Source: an uncultured Candidatus Rokubacteria bacterium (GTDB taxonomy: Bacteria; Methylomirabilota; Methylomirabilia; Rokubacteriales; DASRDR01). Taken from it: DNA of 64,000 nt. This document shows, piece by piece, positions 40,685 through 50,973 of the stretch. The stretch is from assembly GCA_963805625.1 (NCBI GenBank), contig CAWDVE010000010.1, positions 288,001 to 352,000 on the forward strand. The letters are read 5' to 3'. The notes beneath the pieces were generated by a model. That model was not told the DNA's origin. It did not search any database and was given only the letters and a program-made list of their open reading frames with translations. Positions within the stretch are counted from its first letter, which is position 1; the number at the start of each line of letters is the position of its first letter. Both the position numbers and the translations under genes were made by a program.

Positions 40685-41694
40685 CCGCCGGGCGCGAGCC
40701 GTCGCAGCGGGCGGACGAGGATCCCGAGCGCCGGCTGCGGCCGGACCCGCCGCCCGATCCGAGCGACGAGGTCGAGGCGGACGACCCGGATCTCACCGAC
40801 GACGGGTCGGTGCTCGAGCTCCCGCCGGACGAGGAGCTCGACGCGGAAGAGGCGGAGAGCCTCGGCCACCGTCCGCCGATCGAGATGTATCTGAGCGAGA
40901 TCCGCCAGATCCCGCTTCTCACGCGCGAGCAGGAGGTCGAGCTCGCCAAGCAGGTCGCCGCCGGGAGTGAGGCGGCGAAGAAGCGGATGGTGGAGTCGAA
41001 CCTCCGCCTGGTGGTGATGCTCGCCCGCCGCTATCAGAACCGCGGGCTGCCGCTGGCCGACCTCATTGCCGAGGGCAACATCGGGCTGATCCGCGCCGTC
41101 GAGAAGTTCCGCTGGGATCGTGGCACCCGGTTCTCCACCTACGCCACCTGGTGGATCCGGCAGGCCATCCAACGGGCTCTCGCCAACCAGGCACGAGTCA
41201 TCCGGCTGCCGGTGCACGTGGAGGCTCAGCTGGGAAAGTACCGGCGCACGCGCGAGCGCCTCACCCAGGAACGAGGGCGGCCGCCAGAGATGGCCGAGGT
41301 GGCCGCCGCGCTCGGGCTCACCGTCAAGGACCTCGAAGCTCTGGAGGAGGCGTCGAAGATGCCCCTCTCGCTCGAGATGACGGTAGGCGGGGAAGGGGAG
41401 GGCGTCCAGCTGAAGGACGTGGTGCCCAACCGGGACGAGACTGGGGCCGCGGTCATCGCGGGGCTGCTGCGCCGCCAGGAGAGCCTCCGCGAGTTCCTGG
41501 ACGACCTTCCGCCCAAGGAGCGGACCATCCTCGTCGACCGCTTCGGCCTCGGCGGCGAGGCGCCTATGACGCTCGAATCGATCGGGCAGCGGATGGGCGT
41601 CACGCGGGAGCGCGTGCGGCAGATCGAGGCGTCAGCCCTTCAGAAGCTCCGGCGGCGGCTCGAGGCGCGCGGCATCGAGTGGCCGGGCGCGTGA
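40681..41694 (+). CDS. Group 2 sigma70 factor (RpoS-like)
   Basis: [20 protein letters not shown] and TRERVRQIE motifs; surE-pcm-nlpD context. Confidence 0.88.
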   Translation: MTAGREPSQRADEDPERRLRPDPPPDPSDEVEADDPDLTDDGSVLELPPDEELDAEEAESLGHRPPIEMYLSEIRQIPLLTREQEVELAKQVAAGSEAAKKRMVESNLRLVVMLARRYQNRGLPLADLIAEGNIGLIRAVEKFRWDRGTRFSTYATWWIRQAIQRALANQARVIRLPVHVEAQLGKYRRTRERLTQERGRPPEMAEVAAALGLTVKDLEALEEASKMPLSLEMTVGGEGEGVQLKDVVPNRDETGAAVIAGLLRRQESLREFLDDLPPKERTILVDRFGLGGEAPMTLESIGQRMGVTRERVRQIEASALQKLRRRLEARGIEWPGA

Positions 41695-41835
41695 AGCGCC
41701 GCCCGCGGCAGGCGCGCTGGCCGGCGCGGTCTCCAGCCGGGCCGCCAGCTGAACCGACAGTCGCGCGTCGCCACGACGCCACCCCGGCGCGATGCTCGCG
41801 GGCAGAGTGATCCCGTCAAGCGTGGCAGGAGGGGC

Positions 41836-42858
41836 GTGACCGTGTCGAGCCTGGACATCCTGTTCCTCTCCAAGGAAGACGTCGATGCCGTCGACCTCGG
41901 TCTCGGGGAGGCGATGGATGCCATCGAGCTCGGACTCCGGGCACACGGCGAGAAGAAGGTCGTCATGCCCTCGAAGGATCACCTCGCCCTGGACCGATCG
42001 GAGCGCCACTGGAACATTCTCAAGGGGTACGTCGAGCCGATCGACGTGGCCGGGGTCAAGGTGATCGGCGACTTCGAGGGGAATTACCGCTTCGGGCTGC
42101 CGTCGGAGCTGGCGCTGATCACGCTGTATCGGTCGGACACCGGCGCGCCGTTCGCGATCCTGGACGGGACGCTCATCACCTGGATGCGCACCGGAGCGGT
42201 GACGGCGGTCGGCGCCAAGCACCTGGCGCCGGACCGGCCACGAGTGCTCGGGCACATCGGCGCCCGCGGCACCGCCTGGTACAACATCCCGATGCTCGAC
42301 CGGCTGTTCGGCTTCGAAGAGATCCGCGTCACCAGCAAGCGCCCGGAATCCCGGGAGCGCTTCGCCGCCCGGATGTCGGAGCGGCTCGGGAAGCCCGTGG
42401 CGGTCATGGCGACGGTCGAGGAGACGGTACGGGACGCCGATATCATCATCGATGCCTCGCGTCTGGTCACCCCGGAGGTCCTTGTCAAGGACGCCTGGGT
42501 CAAGCCGGGCGCCCTGATCCAGCCCTATGGGGTGGAGCAGTCCGTCGAGTCGACCCTGCCGCTGACGGTCGACAAGATGGTCGTCGACGACTGGAACCAG
42601 TGCCAGAAGTCCGAGTATGGCCAGTTCGCGGGGATGATCCGGGCCGGCGCCCTGCGTGGCGAGCACATCTACGGCGAGATCGGTGAGATCGTGGCAGGGC
42701 TCAAGTCGGGCCGAGAGTCGCCGCGAGAGCGCATCCTGTTCTGGCACAAGGGCTTCGCGATCAGCGACATCGTGCTCGGCCACCTGACCTACGAGAAGGC
42801 GCGGGCCAAGGGCATCGGCACCGTGCTGAGCTACTATCGTCGCCCCCGCGACATGTGA
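41836..42858 (+). CDS. Ornithine cyclodeaminase / mu-crystallin family protein
   Basis: GVKVIGD, TWMRTGA, GEIGEIVAG and GFAISDI motifs. Confidence 0.88.
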   Translation: MTVSSLDILFLSKEDVDAVDLGLGEAMDAIELGLRAHGEKKVVMPSKDHLALDRSERHWNILKGYVEPIDVAGVKVIGDFEGNYRFGLPSELALITLYRSDTGAPFAILDGTLITWMRTGAVTAVGAKHLAPDRPRVLGHIGARGTAWYNIPMLDRLFGFEEIRVTSKRPESRERFAARMSERLGKPVAVMATVEETVRDADIIIDASRLVTPEVLVKDAWVKPGALIQPYGVEQSVESTLPLTVDKMVVDDWNQCQKSEYGQFAGMIRAGALRGEHIYGEIGEIVAGLKSGRESPRERILFWHKGFAISDIVLGHLTYEKARAKGIGTVLSYYRRPRDM

Positions 42859-42941
42859 CGGAGCCGCGTGTCCGGCGCCATGCCGGACCCAGCGGCGAAG
42901 GGGTGCTAGAATTCAGGTCGACCGACCTCGTCCGTCCGCGT

Positions 42942-42976
42942 GCCCCCGTAGCTCAGTCGGATAGAGGGTTTCCTAA
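42942..42976 (+). pseudogene. Orphan 5' half of tRNA-Arg(CCT) (att site)
   Basis: gcccccgtagctcagtcggatagag----ggtttcctaa is identical to 46252-46290 except for a 4-nt deletion; ends at the anticodon loop. Confidence 0.9.
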
Positions 42977-43245
42977 TACGCGGCCAGCCGCTAGGCTTTC
43001 CACGATTTCCACGACAGCATCGGGAAAACGTGGACTTGCGCCGTGTCAGAGACGGACTAGCGTGTCTCTTGCTCTTGCGCCCCCGAGTCTCACCAAAACG
43101 AGCGCGTGATGGCACATAGAATGGCATCGCGGGCTAGGGTGGCGGCTGATCCCCGCCACCGAACGCGCGGCATCCCGACCGCGCTGCCCGCGAGTGACTT
43201 CAGGACGCTCGAATGCCTTTGATTAAGCGGGCCCCCAAGTGGGCT

Positions 43246-43806
43246 TTAGGCGTTTTGCCGTCTGCGGCGCAGCAAGGTCCCCAATCCCGCTATCCCCAAT
43301 CCGACCAAGACGAGGGAAGCCGGTTCCGGAACCTGCTCCACATCGGATTGTACCGACACGCTGTATCCGAAAGCGCGCAGTTCGGCGGGCAGGTATTGGG
43401 TCACGTCCTGCAATTCTCCGGTTTCCGGAATGCGCGGTACGTCTGGGCCCAGGCCGAGCCCTGGCCCGCCTTCCGAATCGGAGATAAAGAGAAGCGAATA
43501 CACTGGGGATCCCGACGCGTGCTGCAGGTCAAGCACGTCGCTATCTTCACCCGTGCCGGGCTCGGTGAGTGCGACCAGAAAGCTTTCGGGCGGAATGGCT
43601 GTGCTGGCTGGCCCAGCCAAGCCCGAGGCGAGAATCAATTCCAACCCCCCTCCCGTTTCCGCTGTAGTTTCATCGAAAATAACGACGTCATTGAGGAGTA
43701 TGACCATCCGATCCGATGTCCCTGCGGGCAATGGAGTAGCTGATGCGAGTGTTGTCAGGCTGCCCCAAACCGAACATACGAGCACGGCGCTCATCACGGA
43801 CTTCAT
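43246..43806 (-). CDS. PEP-CTERM sorting-domain protein
   Basis: Signal peptide MKSVMSAVLV..; C-terminal VPEPASLVLVGLGIAGLGTLLRRRR; GGAGG RBS. Confidence 0.9.
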   Translation of the reverse strand: MKSVMSAVLVCSVWGSLTTLASATPLPAGTSDRMVILLNDVVIFDETTAETGGGLELILASGLAGPASTAIPPESFLVALTEPGTGEDSDVLDLQHASGSPVYSLLFISDSEGGPGLGLGPDVPRIPETGELQDVTQYLPAELRAFGYSVSVQSDVEQVPEPASLVLVGLGIAGLGTLLRRRRQNA

Positions 43807-43914
43807 GATGTCGTCCTCCCTCTGTCGCTTCCCACGGAGTTTCGCCTCAACCCGGCGAGGACGCGGGCTCCAACGTCGAGTCCCTCCCCCGGCACGATGA
43901 TCGATGCCAACAAT

Positions 43915-44045
43915 GTGACCCGCTGCGCGACGAAGCGCCAAGCGAGCCCAACGATCCCGGCGGCGAGGAGCAGGAGCGTAGCGGGTTCCGGGACGGCCTG
44001 GGGCTCTCCGTAGAAGAAGTCATCCATCACGACGAGATCGACCGG
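43915..44045 (-). pseudogene. C-terminal fragment of a PEP-CTERM gene
   Basis: DLVVMDDFFYGEPQAVPEPATLLLLAAGIVGLAWR with no upstream body. Confidence 0.75.
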
Positions 44046-44054
44046 GAGACAGTC

Positions 44055-44150
44055 ATGAGAGGGACAACCTCCCAACTCGCATCCTTCACGCTCGCTCTTG
44101 GCCTCCTGATCCTGCCTTGCTCGGCTGAGGCGCTACAAGTGTTCACCGAC
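44055..44150 (+). pseudogene. N-terminal signal-peptide fragment of a secreted (probably PEP-CTERM) protein
   Basis: GGGAGA RBS, then MRGTTSQLASFTLALGLLILPCSAEA|LQVFTD followed by sequence that does not look coding. Confidence 0.5.
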
Positions 44151-44536
44151 ACCCGGATTCCTAGCGAGCGACATCCAGGACACCATCAGTCGCTCGGGCT
44201 TACGTCCGGCGCATCCTACGCCCTCGAGACCCACGCCCCGAAACCCGTAGTCATCGGGGAGGAGCACTTGTCGTGCCAATGAACCTAGGTGTCGAAAGAT
44301 CATTAGATTCCGCAGCTTCGGTCGAGGAGCCGTCGAGAGCTTTGAAGACGGACTGCACACCCCAGTGTGCACCCCGGCCGCTCTCCGGTCGGGTAGGACC
44401 CCGAGATCCCTTTCGATTCGGAGAGATGCCAGTGCTGCACAGTAGGCAGTGCAGGGTGCACTGTGGACTGTGCAGGTTGCGGGGCCGAAGACTCTCGTCA
44501 CGGTGTTCCATGAATGTGCGGTAGGAAAAAAAGTAG

Positions 44537-45844
44537 GGCTCTTCCGGCTTTCGTGTGGGTGACGAAGTCTCCGGGCTATGCTCTGCCCTGCCGAGGGGAG
44601 GGGCGGAGCGATGCGCGACACGGAGCTGTACCGAGCGATCTTGGGGCTGACGCCGCCCTGGACGGTGGGGGGCGTCGAGCTGAACATGCCGGAGGGGCAG
44701 GTGGTCGTCCGGGTGGAGGCCGGGCCGGGCCCGTTTGTCTGCCCGGAGTGCGGGAGTGCGGCGGAGCGCTACGACAGTCGGCCACGGCGGTGGCGGCACC
44801 TCGACACCTGTCAGTTGACGACGTGGATCGAAGCGGACGTGCCCCGGATCGACTGCGCGACCCATGGGGTGAAGCAGATCCGGGTGCCATGGGCGGAGCC
44901 GGGGTCGCAGTTCACGGTGTTGTTCGAACGGCTGGCGATTGATCTGCTGTGGGAGTGCTCGGTGACGGGGGCGAAGCGGGTGCTGCGCATCAGCTGGGAC
45001 GAAGCGTGGGGCATCAAGACCCGCGCCGTGCGGCGGGGGCTGGCTCGGCGCCAGGCCGAGGTCGTGCCCCATCTGGGCGTGGACGAGAAGGCCATCGCCA
45101 AGCGGCACCGGTATCTTACGGTGGTCGCCGATCTCGAGCGCAACCGGGTGCTCTATCTGGCCGACGACCGCAAGCAGGAGAGTCTGGACGGCTTCTGGGC
45201 CACCCTCACGGCCGCGCAAGTGGCGGGGATCGAGGCCATGGCGATGGACATGTGGGAGCCCTACGTCCAGTCCACGCGGGCGCACCTGCCGGACGCGGAC
45301 CGGAAGATCGTCTTCGACAAGTTTCATGTGGTCAAGCATCTCCACGACGCCGTCGACCAGGTGCGGCGGGGCGAGCATCGGGCGTTGAAGCGGACGGGTG
45401 ACGACCGTCTCACCGGGTCCAAGTACCTCTGGCTGATGCGGCCCAAGGACATGACGCCGGACCAGCAGACGGCGTTCCGGCTGTTGCAGCGGCAGGATCT
45501 CAAGGTGGCGCGGGCATGGCTGCTCAAGGAGCGCTTCGCCGCCTTCTGGGACTACACCTACCCCGGGGCCGCCGAGACGTTCACCGCCCGCTGGTACTGG
45601 CGCGCCACGCACAGTCGGCTCAAGCCCATGGCGGGCGTGGCCAAGCTAATCAAACGTCATCTCCCGAACCTGCTCACGTACCTCACGCACAAGATCACCA
45701 ATGCAGGCCTGGAAGCCGTCAACTCCGTCATCCAAGGCGTCAAGAAGACCGCCCGTGGGTTCCGCAACCCGGAGCACTTCAAGATCGCCATCTACTTCCG
45801 GTGCGGTGGGCTCGACCTCTACCCACACGAAAGCCGGTAGAGCC
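44537..45844 (+). mobile_element. ISL3-family insertion sequence
   Basis: 24-bp IRs ggctcttccggctttcgtgtgggt / acccacacgaaagccggtagagcc (1 mismatch); 8-bp TSD AAAAGTAG at 44529-44536 and 45845-45852. Confidence 0.96.
44611..45840 (+). CDS. ISL3 transposase
   Basis: CPECG zinc finger; GVDE, MDMW, DKFHV and TNAGLEAVN..ARGFRN motifs. Confidence 0.96.
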   Translation: MRDTELYRAILGLTPPWTVGGVELNMPEGQVVVRVEAGPGPFVCPECGSAAERYDSRPRRWRHLDTCQLTTWIEADVPRIDCATHGVKQIRVPWAEPGSQFTVLFERLAIDLLWECSVTGAKRVLRISWDEAWGIKTRAVRRGLARRQAEVVPHLGVDEKAIAKRHRYLTVVADLERNRVLYLADDRKQESLDGFWATLTAAQVAGIEAMAMDMWEPYVQSTRAHLPDADRKIVFDKFHVVKHLHDAVDQVRRGEHRALKRTGDDRLTGSKYLWLMRPKDMTPDQQTAFRLLQRQDLKVARAWLLKERFAAFWDYTYPGAAETFTARWYWRATHSRLKPMAGVAKLIKRHLPNLLTYLTHKITNAGLEAVNSVIQGVKKTARGFRNPEHFKIAIYFRCGGLDLYPHESR

Positions 45845-46214
45845 AAAAGTAGTTACGGTAGTCGATGGCGACAATCCGTCGCCGACTGTAAAGACGACAA
45901 ATACCAGGAGGCGCTGGATGGCCACTTGACCTCCTCGACAGGCAGCATCGCCCAGATCTGGCTGCACTGAACGAACTTCGGAATGGCATTGCATTCATTC
46001 CACAGAACCGAAGGCGCAAACCTGATTGGAAGGGTCATAGCGTCTTCACAGAGGACGGCCCTGGTCAGTTTCTGGATGACATGGAGAAGCTGTCGGATGT
46101 CTTCGTCGAACGATTCTGGGGAGGCTCTCCGGAAGACACGGGCGAAAGGCCTGATGTCATCGCGCCAGAAGGCGGTGTCGATGGCACACAGAATGGCACG
46201 AAGCGGTCCGTCGG

Positions 46215-46243
46215 TTGACAGGCGTCGCGTAACCTATGACAAT
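46215..46243 (+). promoter_or_regulatory. Putative sigma70 promoter for tRNA-Arg, carried by island 1
   Basis: TTGACA-17 bp-GACAAT, 8 nt upstream of the tRNA. Confidence 0.6.
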
Positions 46244-46251
46244 CATTGCGC

Positions 46252-46328
46252 GCCCCCGTAGCTCAGTCGGATAGAGCAAGGGTTTCCTAAACCCTGGGCC
46301 GGGTGTTCGATTCACCCCGGGGGCACCA
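46252..46328 (+). tRNA. tRNA-Arg(CCT)
   Basis: Acceptor stem GCCCCCG/CGGGGGC; anticodon arm agggt-TTCCTAA-accct; T arm gggtg-TTCGATT-caccc; CCA end. Confidence 0.95.
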
Positions 46329-47498
46329 ATATTCTCGCATAGTTGTCGAACGCTCGCCGAAACGGTCGCCACCGCAGTGTCACTCACGGTGTCACTGCAA
46401 GCAGTGGGGGGTGCCTCCTGGTCGCGAGTAGTTGGGGCGGGACTGCCTACCAGACGCTCGACGCCTTCCCGGAGCCTCCCCGGGCTGAGGTGGGCGTAGC
46501 GCATGCCCATCGCGAGCGTTTTCCAGCCTCCCAGCTCCTTGATGGTCAGGAGGTCCACGCCTGCCATCGCCAGTCGTGAGGCGAAGGTGTGGCGCAGGCA
46601 ATGCCAGGAGAAACCGTCGAGCATCTCCGCGTCCCCCTGCCGGCCCGCCTCGGCAAGCGCGTGACACGCCTTGGCGACCGCGCGGGGGAACCACCGATCC
46701 GCCTTCTGGGGCGGGTCCATATTGTCCGCGCCCCGGAATACGTGCTCGTTCCCCTCGGGAAGGCGCCGGGTGGCCATGTCCATGAGAATCTCGCGGACGC
46801 GACGGTTCATCGGCACGTGCCGAGTGCCACCATGCTTGCTTCGAGGAATCGTGAGAGTGCCCGTCATGAAGTCACAGTCGCGCCAGCGGAGCCCCATCTG
46901 CTCAGACCAGCGGAGCCCTGTGTGAATGGAAACCTCGACCATCTCCCGACGCCGGGCATCCGGCACAGCGTCAAGGAGAGATCGCTCGGCCTCCGCGGAA
47001 GGAAGGTACTTGAGGCGGCCATTATTCTCCCGAGGGAAGCGCGTGCCGACAACGGGGTTACTCGTCGCTTTGCCGTTCCGAATCGCCACGTTGAAGCAGC
47101 ATCGGAGTGCGGCTAGGTAGCGAACTACGGTAGCCGGCTCGTATCTTAGCTTGGACTCATGGCGGCCCGGCGTGCGCTGTGGGTCACGACGTTCCATCAG
47201 CGCCAGCTTGCCCTGCTCCACGTCCTGGCGAGTAATGGAAGCCACGGGACGGTCGCCCCATCGATCCTTCCAGTAGAGGATGCGGACGCAGTCATTGTGC
47301 GGCGGCCGGTTGTGCGCCTTCTGGTATCCCACGTACTCCTGAACGACTTCTGAGAAAAGGACAATGCGTTGCCGCTTCGTGGCGGTTGGGCAGAATTGCT
47401 CCGTTCGAGCAAGGGTCCGGCGCTTCTCCACCTCCTGCTGCGCCACGGACTTGGCGCCGACCAGCTCTCGGTGCTTGTGCCCGAGGGAGCAGTACCAA

Positions 47499-48219
47499 TG
47501 CGCATACCGGCGAAGCTGAACACCCAGATCGGCCCATCGTGAACGCGCCGGTCGGGGATCGTGATCGGAGCGGAGCGACGCTGGCCGGCCGATCAGCTGT
47601 CGAGCTTGCCCTCCTTTCTCCGTGAGGGACCTTTTAGCACGAGTCGGTGCGCGTTGTGCAGGAGCCGATCGCAGATGGCGTCAGCCAGCGTGGGCTCCCC
47701 GATGTGATCGTGCCACTGGGCCGGGGGGAGCTGGCTCGTGACGATCGTGGAGCGGCTGCCATAGCGATCTTCCAGAATCTCGAGCAGGTCGCGGCGTTCC
47801 TGGTCCTGTGGCGGGGCCAGGCCCCAGTCGTCGACGAGAAGGACGTCCATGCGCGCGAGCTTGCCGAGGAGCCGGCCGTAGGTCCCGTCGGCGCGCGCCA
47901 CGCGGAGATCATCGAACAGGCGGGAGGCCCGGCGGTAGTAGGCGCGATAGCCGCGGCGGCAGGCCTGGTGGGCGAGGGCGCAGGCGATGAAACTCTTGCC
48001 GGTGCCGGTGGCGCCGGTGACGAGGACCTGCTGGTGCTCGGCGATCCAGCGGCAGGTGGCGAGCTGGCGGATCACGGCCTTGTCGAGCTCCCGGCGGGCG
48101 GGATAGTCGATGGCCTCGATAGAGGCCTGCGGCAGCTTGAGCTTGGCTTCCTGGAGGGCGCGGGTCAGGCGCTTGTTCTCCCGCGCCAGCCACTCGGCGT
48201 CGACCAGCAGCCCGAGACG
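47499..48219 (-). mobile_element. istB: IS21-family remnant (one end + 5'-truncated istB)
   Basis: End tgcgcataccggcgaagctgaacac with internal repeats; istB motifs GATGTGKS, DDWG, TSQ, DRLLH and GPSRR at 47593-48219; no istA. Confidence 0.88.
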
Positions 48220-48685
48220 CTGGCTCCGTTGGAGTACGGCAGTGTCGCGTGAGTGGGACGCCGCCGCGTGTCCGAGGCACCAATGCAGCTAGGTCAGCGG
48301 CCCCCGCCCGCCGGAATCACCTACGCTGAGGCGATCACCCCGGCCGATTGAAACGTCCTACAATTAATAAGTTAGCACGGGTTCCCCCGATTGTCAACCG
48401 GCGTTCTACCAGGCTCCGGGTGCCCCTACGCAGCCCCCGCGCGTCCGGGGTGTCGTGAATCAACAGGCGACGTGACATTGGACGGCGGACGGAGCCTGTA
48501 GGCGCCCCGCCGAGCAGTGAACCGGGCTCGAACGCCCGTGGAGCCCGTCTGGCGCCCGGTGTCGGCCTTGGGGTAGACGGGGCGGCCGGCGGCGTCGAGC
48601 CAGACCGGGGGGACCATGCCGCCGACCCAAGAAGGCGACGCCCCGCGCGGGGCAGGGCGTCGTGGTCGTCTCGGGATCGAGCGGG

Positions 48686-49324
48686 TCAGTCGCGACGCCG
48701 CCAGCCGAGGCCCAGCCCCAGCAGTCCGAGGCCGAGCAGCGTGAGCGTACCGGGTTCGGGGACACCCTGAGCGTCGGAGAAGTCGACCTGCTTCACTTCC
48801 TTGAAGCCCGACTCGAGGAAGATCTGCACTTCCTTGATGGTCTCATCAAGGGACACGATGCCGATCCGCGTAAAATCCGCGTTCGCGTTCTGCCCAAAGA
48901 AGGTGAAGATCTGCGGAGGATTCCCCTGGTTGTCCGTCACCGTGACCGTGATCGGGTTCGATTGGGTGACATCCTCATTGGGTTGGCCGCGGAACGAAAA
49001 GTCCCCGAACTGGTTCGGATTCTCCGGTGTGAACGTCAGGGTCGTGAGCACGTCGTCGTTGTTGTCTGGCTTGATGTTGGCGTACCCGTTGCCCGTCTGG
49101 ACGCCCACGTCAGCTGTGACGTCGACCTCGAGGTTGTTGAGCGCGGCCGTGCACGCTTGATTCGCGCTGACGACGCCACAGAAGCTCGTCGAGCCGTTCG
49201 TCGGCTTGTCGATGAAGAATTTGTCCCCGCCCGGATCCGGATCGACGATGAAGGTGGCCTGGGCCGGGCTGGCCAGCAGGGCGGCCAGGACGACGACTGA
49301 CGCCGCGACTAGGGTACGGATCAT
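48686..49324 (-). CDS. PEP-CTERM sorting-domain protein
   Basis: Signal peptide MIRTLVAASVVVLAALLASPAQA; C-terminal VPEPGTLTLLGLGLLGLGLGWRRRD; GGAGG RBS. Confidence 0.92.
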   Translation of the reverse strand: MIRTLVAASVVVLAALLASPAQATFIVDPDPGGDKFFIDKPTNGSTSFCGVVSANQACTAALNNLEVDVTADVGVQTGNGYANIKPDNNDDVLTTLTFTPENPNQFGDFSFRGQPNEDVTQSNPITVTVTDNQGNPPQIFTFFGQNANADFTRIGIVSLDETIKEVQIFLESGFKEVKQVDFSDAQGVPEPGTLTLLGLGLLGLGLGWRRRD

Positions 49325-49388
49325 TGAAGCCCTCCGTTTGTTCGGCGGATTCATGCGCGTCTGAATAGCTAGCACAAAAGTGAAAGAG

Positions 49389-49548
49389 AGCAGATTTCGC
49401 GCCAATCTAGTTACGCTCCCAAAATCGGGGAGTTAGCCCCGCGTGATCTCCAGAGTGTAAAGTAAGTTGGCAGTCGGCAATTTTGCCCTTCTGTAAGTAC
49501 CGAAGAACATGAGCTTCTCGACAAGCCACGGTGTCGACATTCTTTACA
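49389..49548 (-). promoter_or_regulatory. Sigma54 promoter plus TGT-N11-ACA enhancer (PEP-CTERM box)
   Basis: Minus strand TGGCGCGAAATCTGCT (GG-N10-GC, 49389-49404) and TGTAAAGAATGTCGACA (49532-49548); a weaker site at 49456-49472. Confidence 0.75.
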
Positions 49549-49779
49549 TGTTCGCACTTGGGGTCCCCCGACCGCTGGACGTGCGAGCCCCTCTCTTGAT
49601 CGACGGCCGCTGCAAGGAGCTTAACGACCCCGATGGTAGTCTCAGCGCGACACTGGAGACGCAAGGCACGATCCTACGCGGCAAGCTCTGGAAGGCGCGA
49701 TGACGAGGTTGGAACCCAACAAGCCGCGCGTTGAAGTCGGCTCCCACACAACCCACGGATGGGACCCAACGTCGGCCGG

Positions 49780-49828
49780 GGGACCCTCTCACTCGAATTT
49801 GAACGGGTGTGTACGCGCACTCGTGCCC
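49780..49828 (+). repeat. 49-bp direct repeat, copy 1
   Basis: gggaccctctcactcgaatttgaacgggtgtgtacgcgcactcgtgccc; 47/49 identical to 50974-51022. Confidence 0.92.
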
Positions 49829-49995
49829 AGCCGGGTCCCCCTCCCGGCCCACGCTGGTCTCCGATTGGGAAAGGAGGCCCCATATGAGGCATCGCCCGGC
49901 TGACAGTCCCGGCCACCCTCGACCTGGCCCTGCTTGCCGCGCCGCTCGCCATCGGGCTCAACAGGCGGCGGATAGACTATGCAAGTTCCTTCATC

Positions 49996-50024
49996 TTGAC
50001 AGCGCTGGCGACCAGACGTAGTGT
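49996..50024 (+). promoter_or_regulatory. Putative sigma70 promoter of the PEP-CTERM gene at 50074
   Basis: TTGACA-17 bp-TAGTGT. Confidence 0.55.
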
Positions 50025-50073
50025 CGGCCCGCTTCCTCGAACGTCCGGCCCTCGCCGGTAAGGAGAGAGGGAT

Positions 50074-50727
50074 ATGCTCAACGACCTGTTCCCGGGACAA
50101 CGCTTCACTACCCGAGGCGGGCGTGGCAACCGGCACGGGCGTCTGTGCGTAATTGCAGCGGTTCTAGCGCTCGTCTGGGGGGTCAGCGCGCCCGCCGCGA
50201 CAGCCGCGATCATCGAGCACGTCTTCACGGGTGACATCCTCGTAAACGACGGATTGCCAGGCGTGTCGGTCGGGGACCCTTTCACTGCCACCTTGACCTA
50301 CGATGACTCGCAGTCCCCCTTTTTCGTCTCGCCAGTGGAGGCGGACTACGCGGAATTCACCTTCGAAGTCACCGTTGGTGCTTTCATTTTCTCTCAGCCC
50401 CAACCGCCCATCGTGGCTCTGGTGGTCTTCAACTTTCCCGGAGTGGACAGGTTCGAAACAGGCCCGGGCTCGGGGCCAGTCTTTCGGTTGGTTGATGATT
50501 CTGGAAGCGCCCTCAGTTCCACTGCCCTCCCAACTACTTTGGACATCGCAGACTACTCCTCTGGGCCCAATTTCCTCATAGTCCCCCCCTTTCTTACAGG
50601 CGAGATTACGTCAATCTCGTCGAGGGTCGTGGGCCAACCTGTAGCGGAACCAGCTACCCTCGTTCTTCTCGCCCCCGGTCTCGCCGGACTCGGCGCGCTG
50701 CGCTGGAGGAGACAGCGCCGACAGTAG
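50074..50727 (+). CDS. PEP-CTERM sorting-domain protein (AEP variant)
   Basis: AAGGAG RBS; signal peptide; C-terminal VAEPATLVLLAPGLAGLGALRWRRQRRQ. Confidence 0.87.
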   Translation: MLNDLFPGQRFTTRGGRGNRHGRLCVIAAVLALVWGVSAPAATAAIIEHVFTGDILVNDGLPGVSVGDPFTATLTYDDSQSPFFVSPVEADYAEFTFEVTVGAFIFSQPQPPIVALVVFNFPGVDRFETGPGSGPVFRLVDDSGSALSSTALPTTLDIADYSSGPNFLIVPPFLTGEITSISSRVVGQPVAEPATLVLLAPGLAGLGALRWRRQRRQ

Positions 50728-50826
50728 AGTCGCCGGAGCCTTGCGGAGCTTTCCACGGGCGTCGAGTATCCCTCGGCGCCCGTAGTGTTATCACGACGCC
50801 CCGCCGCTAGGGGTGTAGGTCATCAC

Positions 50827-50901
50827 ATGAAAATCGCCAAGGCCCTCGGCCTGACGATTCCGCCGTCGGTGCTGGCTCGGGCGGATCAGGTCATAGAGTG
50901 A
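50827..50901 (+). pseudogene. C-terminal fragment of an ABC substrate-binding protein
   Basis: KIAKALGLTIPPSVLARADQVIE*, the typical C-terminus of the ABC_sub_bind family. Confidence 0.8.
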
Positions 50902-50973
50902 GCGGCAGGTTCTCAAAACCCGGGAGTTGCGCCCTTTTCCACCAGATTCGGGACACCACCACGGCCGAGCCGC

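Larger units (their letters stand above)
42970..46290. mobile_element. Island 1: integrase-less element inserted at the tRNA-Arg anticodon loop, restoring the 5' half
   Basis: Bounded by the duplicated tRNA 5' half; matching arm-like repeats gatggcacatagaatggca (43108-43126) and gatggcacacagaatggca (46180-46198). Confidence 0.8.
46157..47497 (-). pseudogene. Tyrosine integrase with its N-terminus removed by IS21
   Basis: GLRWSE, RSKHG, HCLRH, LGGW and RYAH catalytic motifs; the frame upstream of 47446 (WYCSLGHKHRELVG) runs directly into the IS21 end. Confidence 0.85.
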
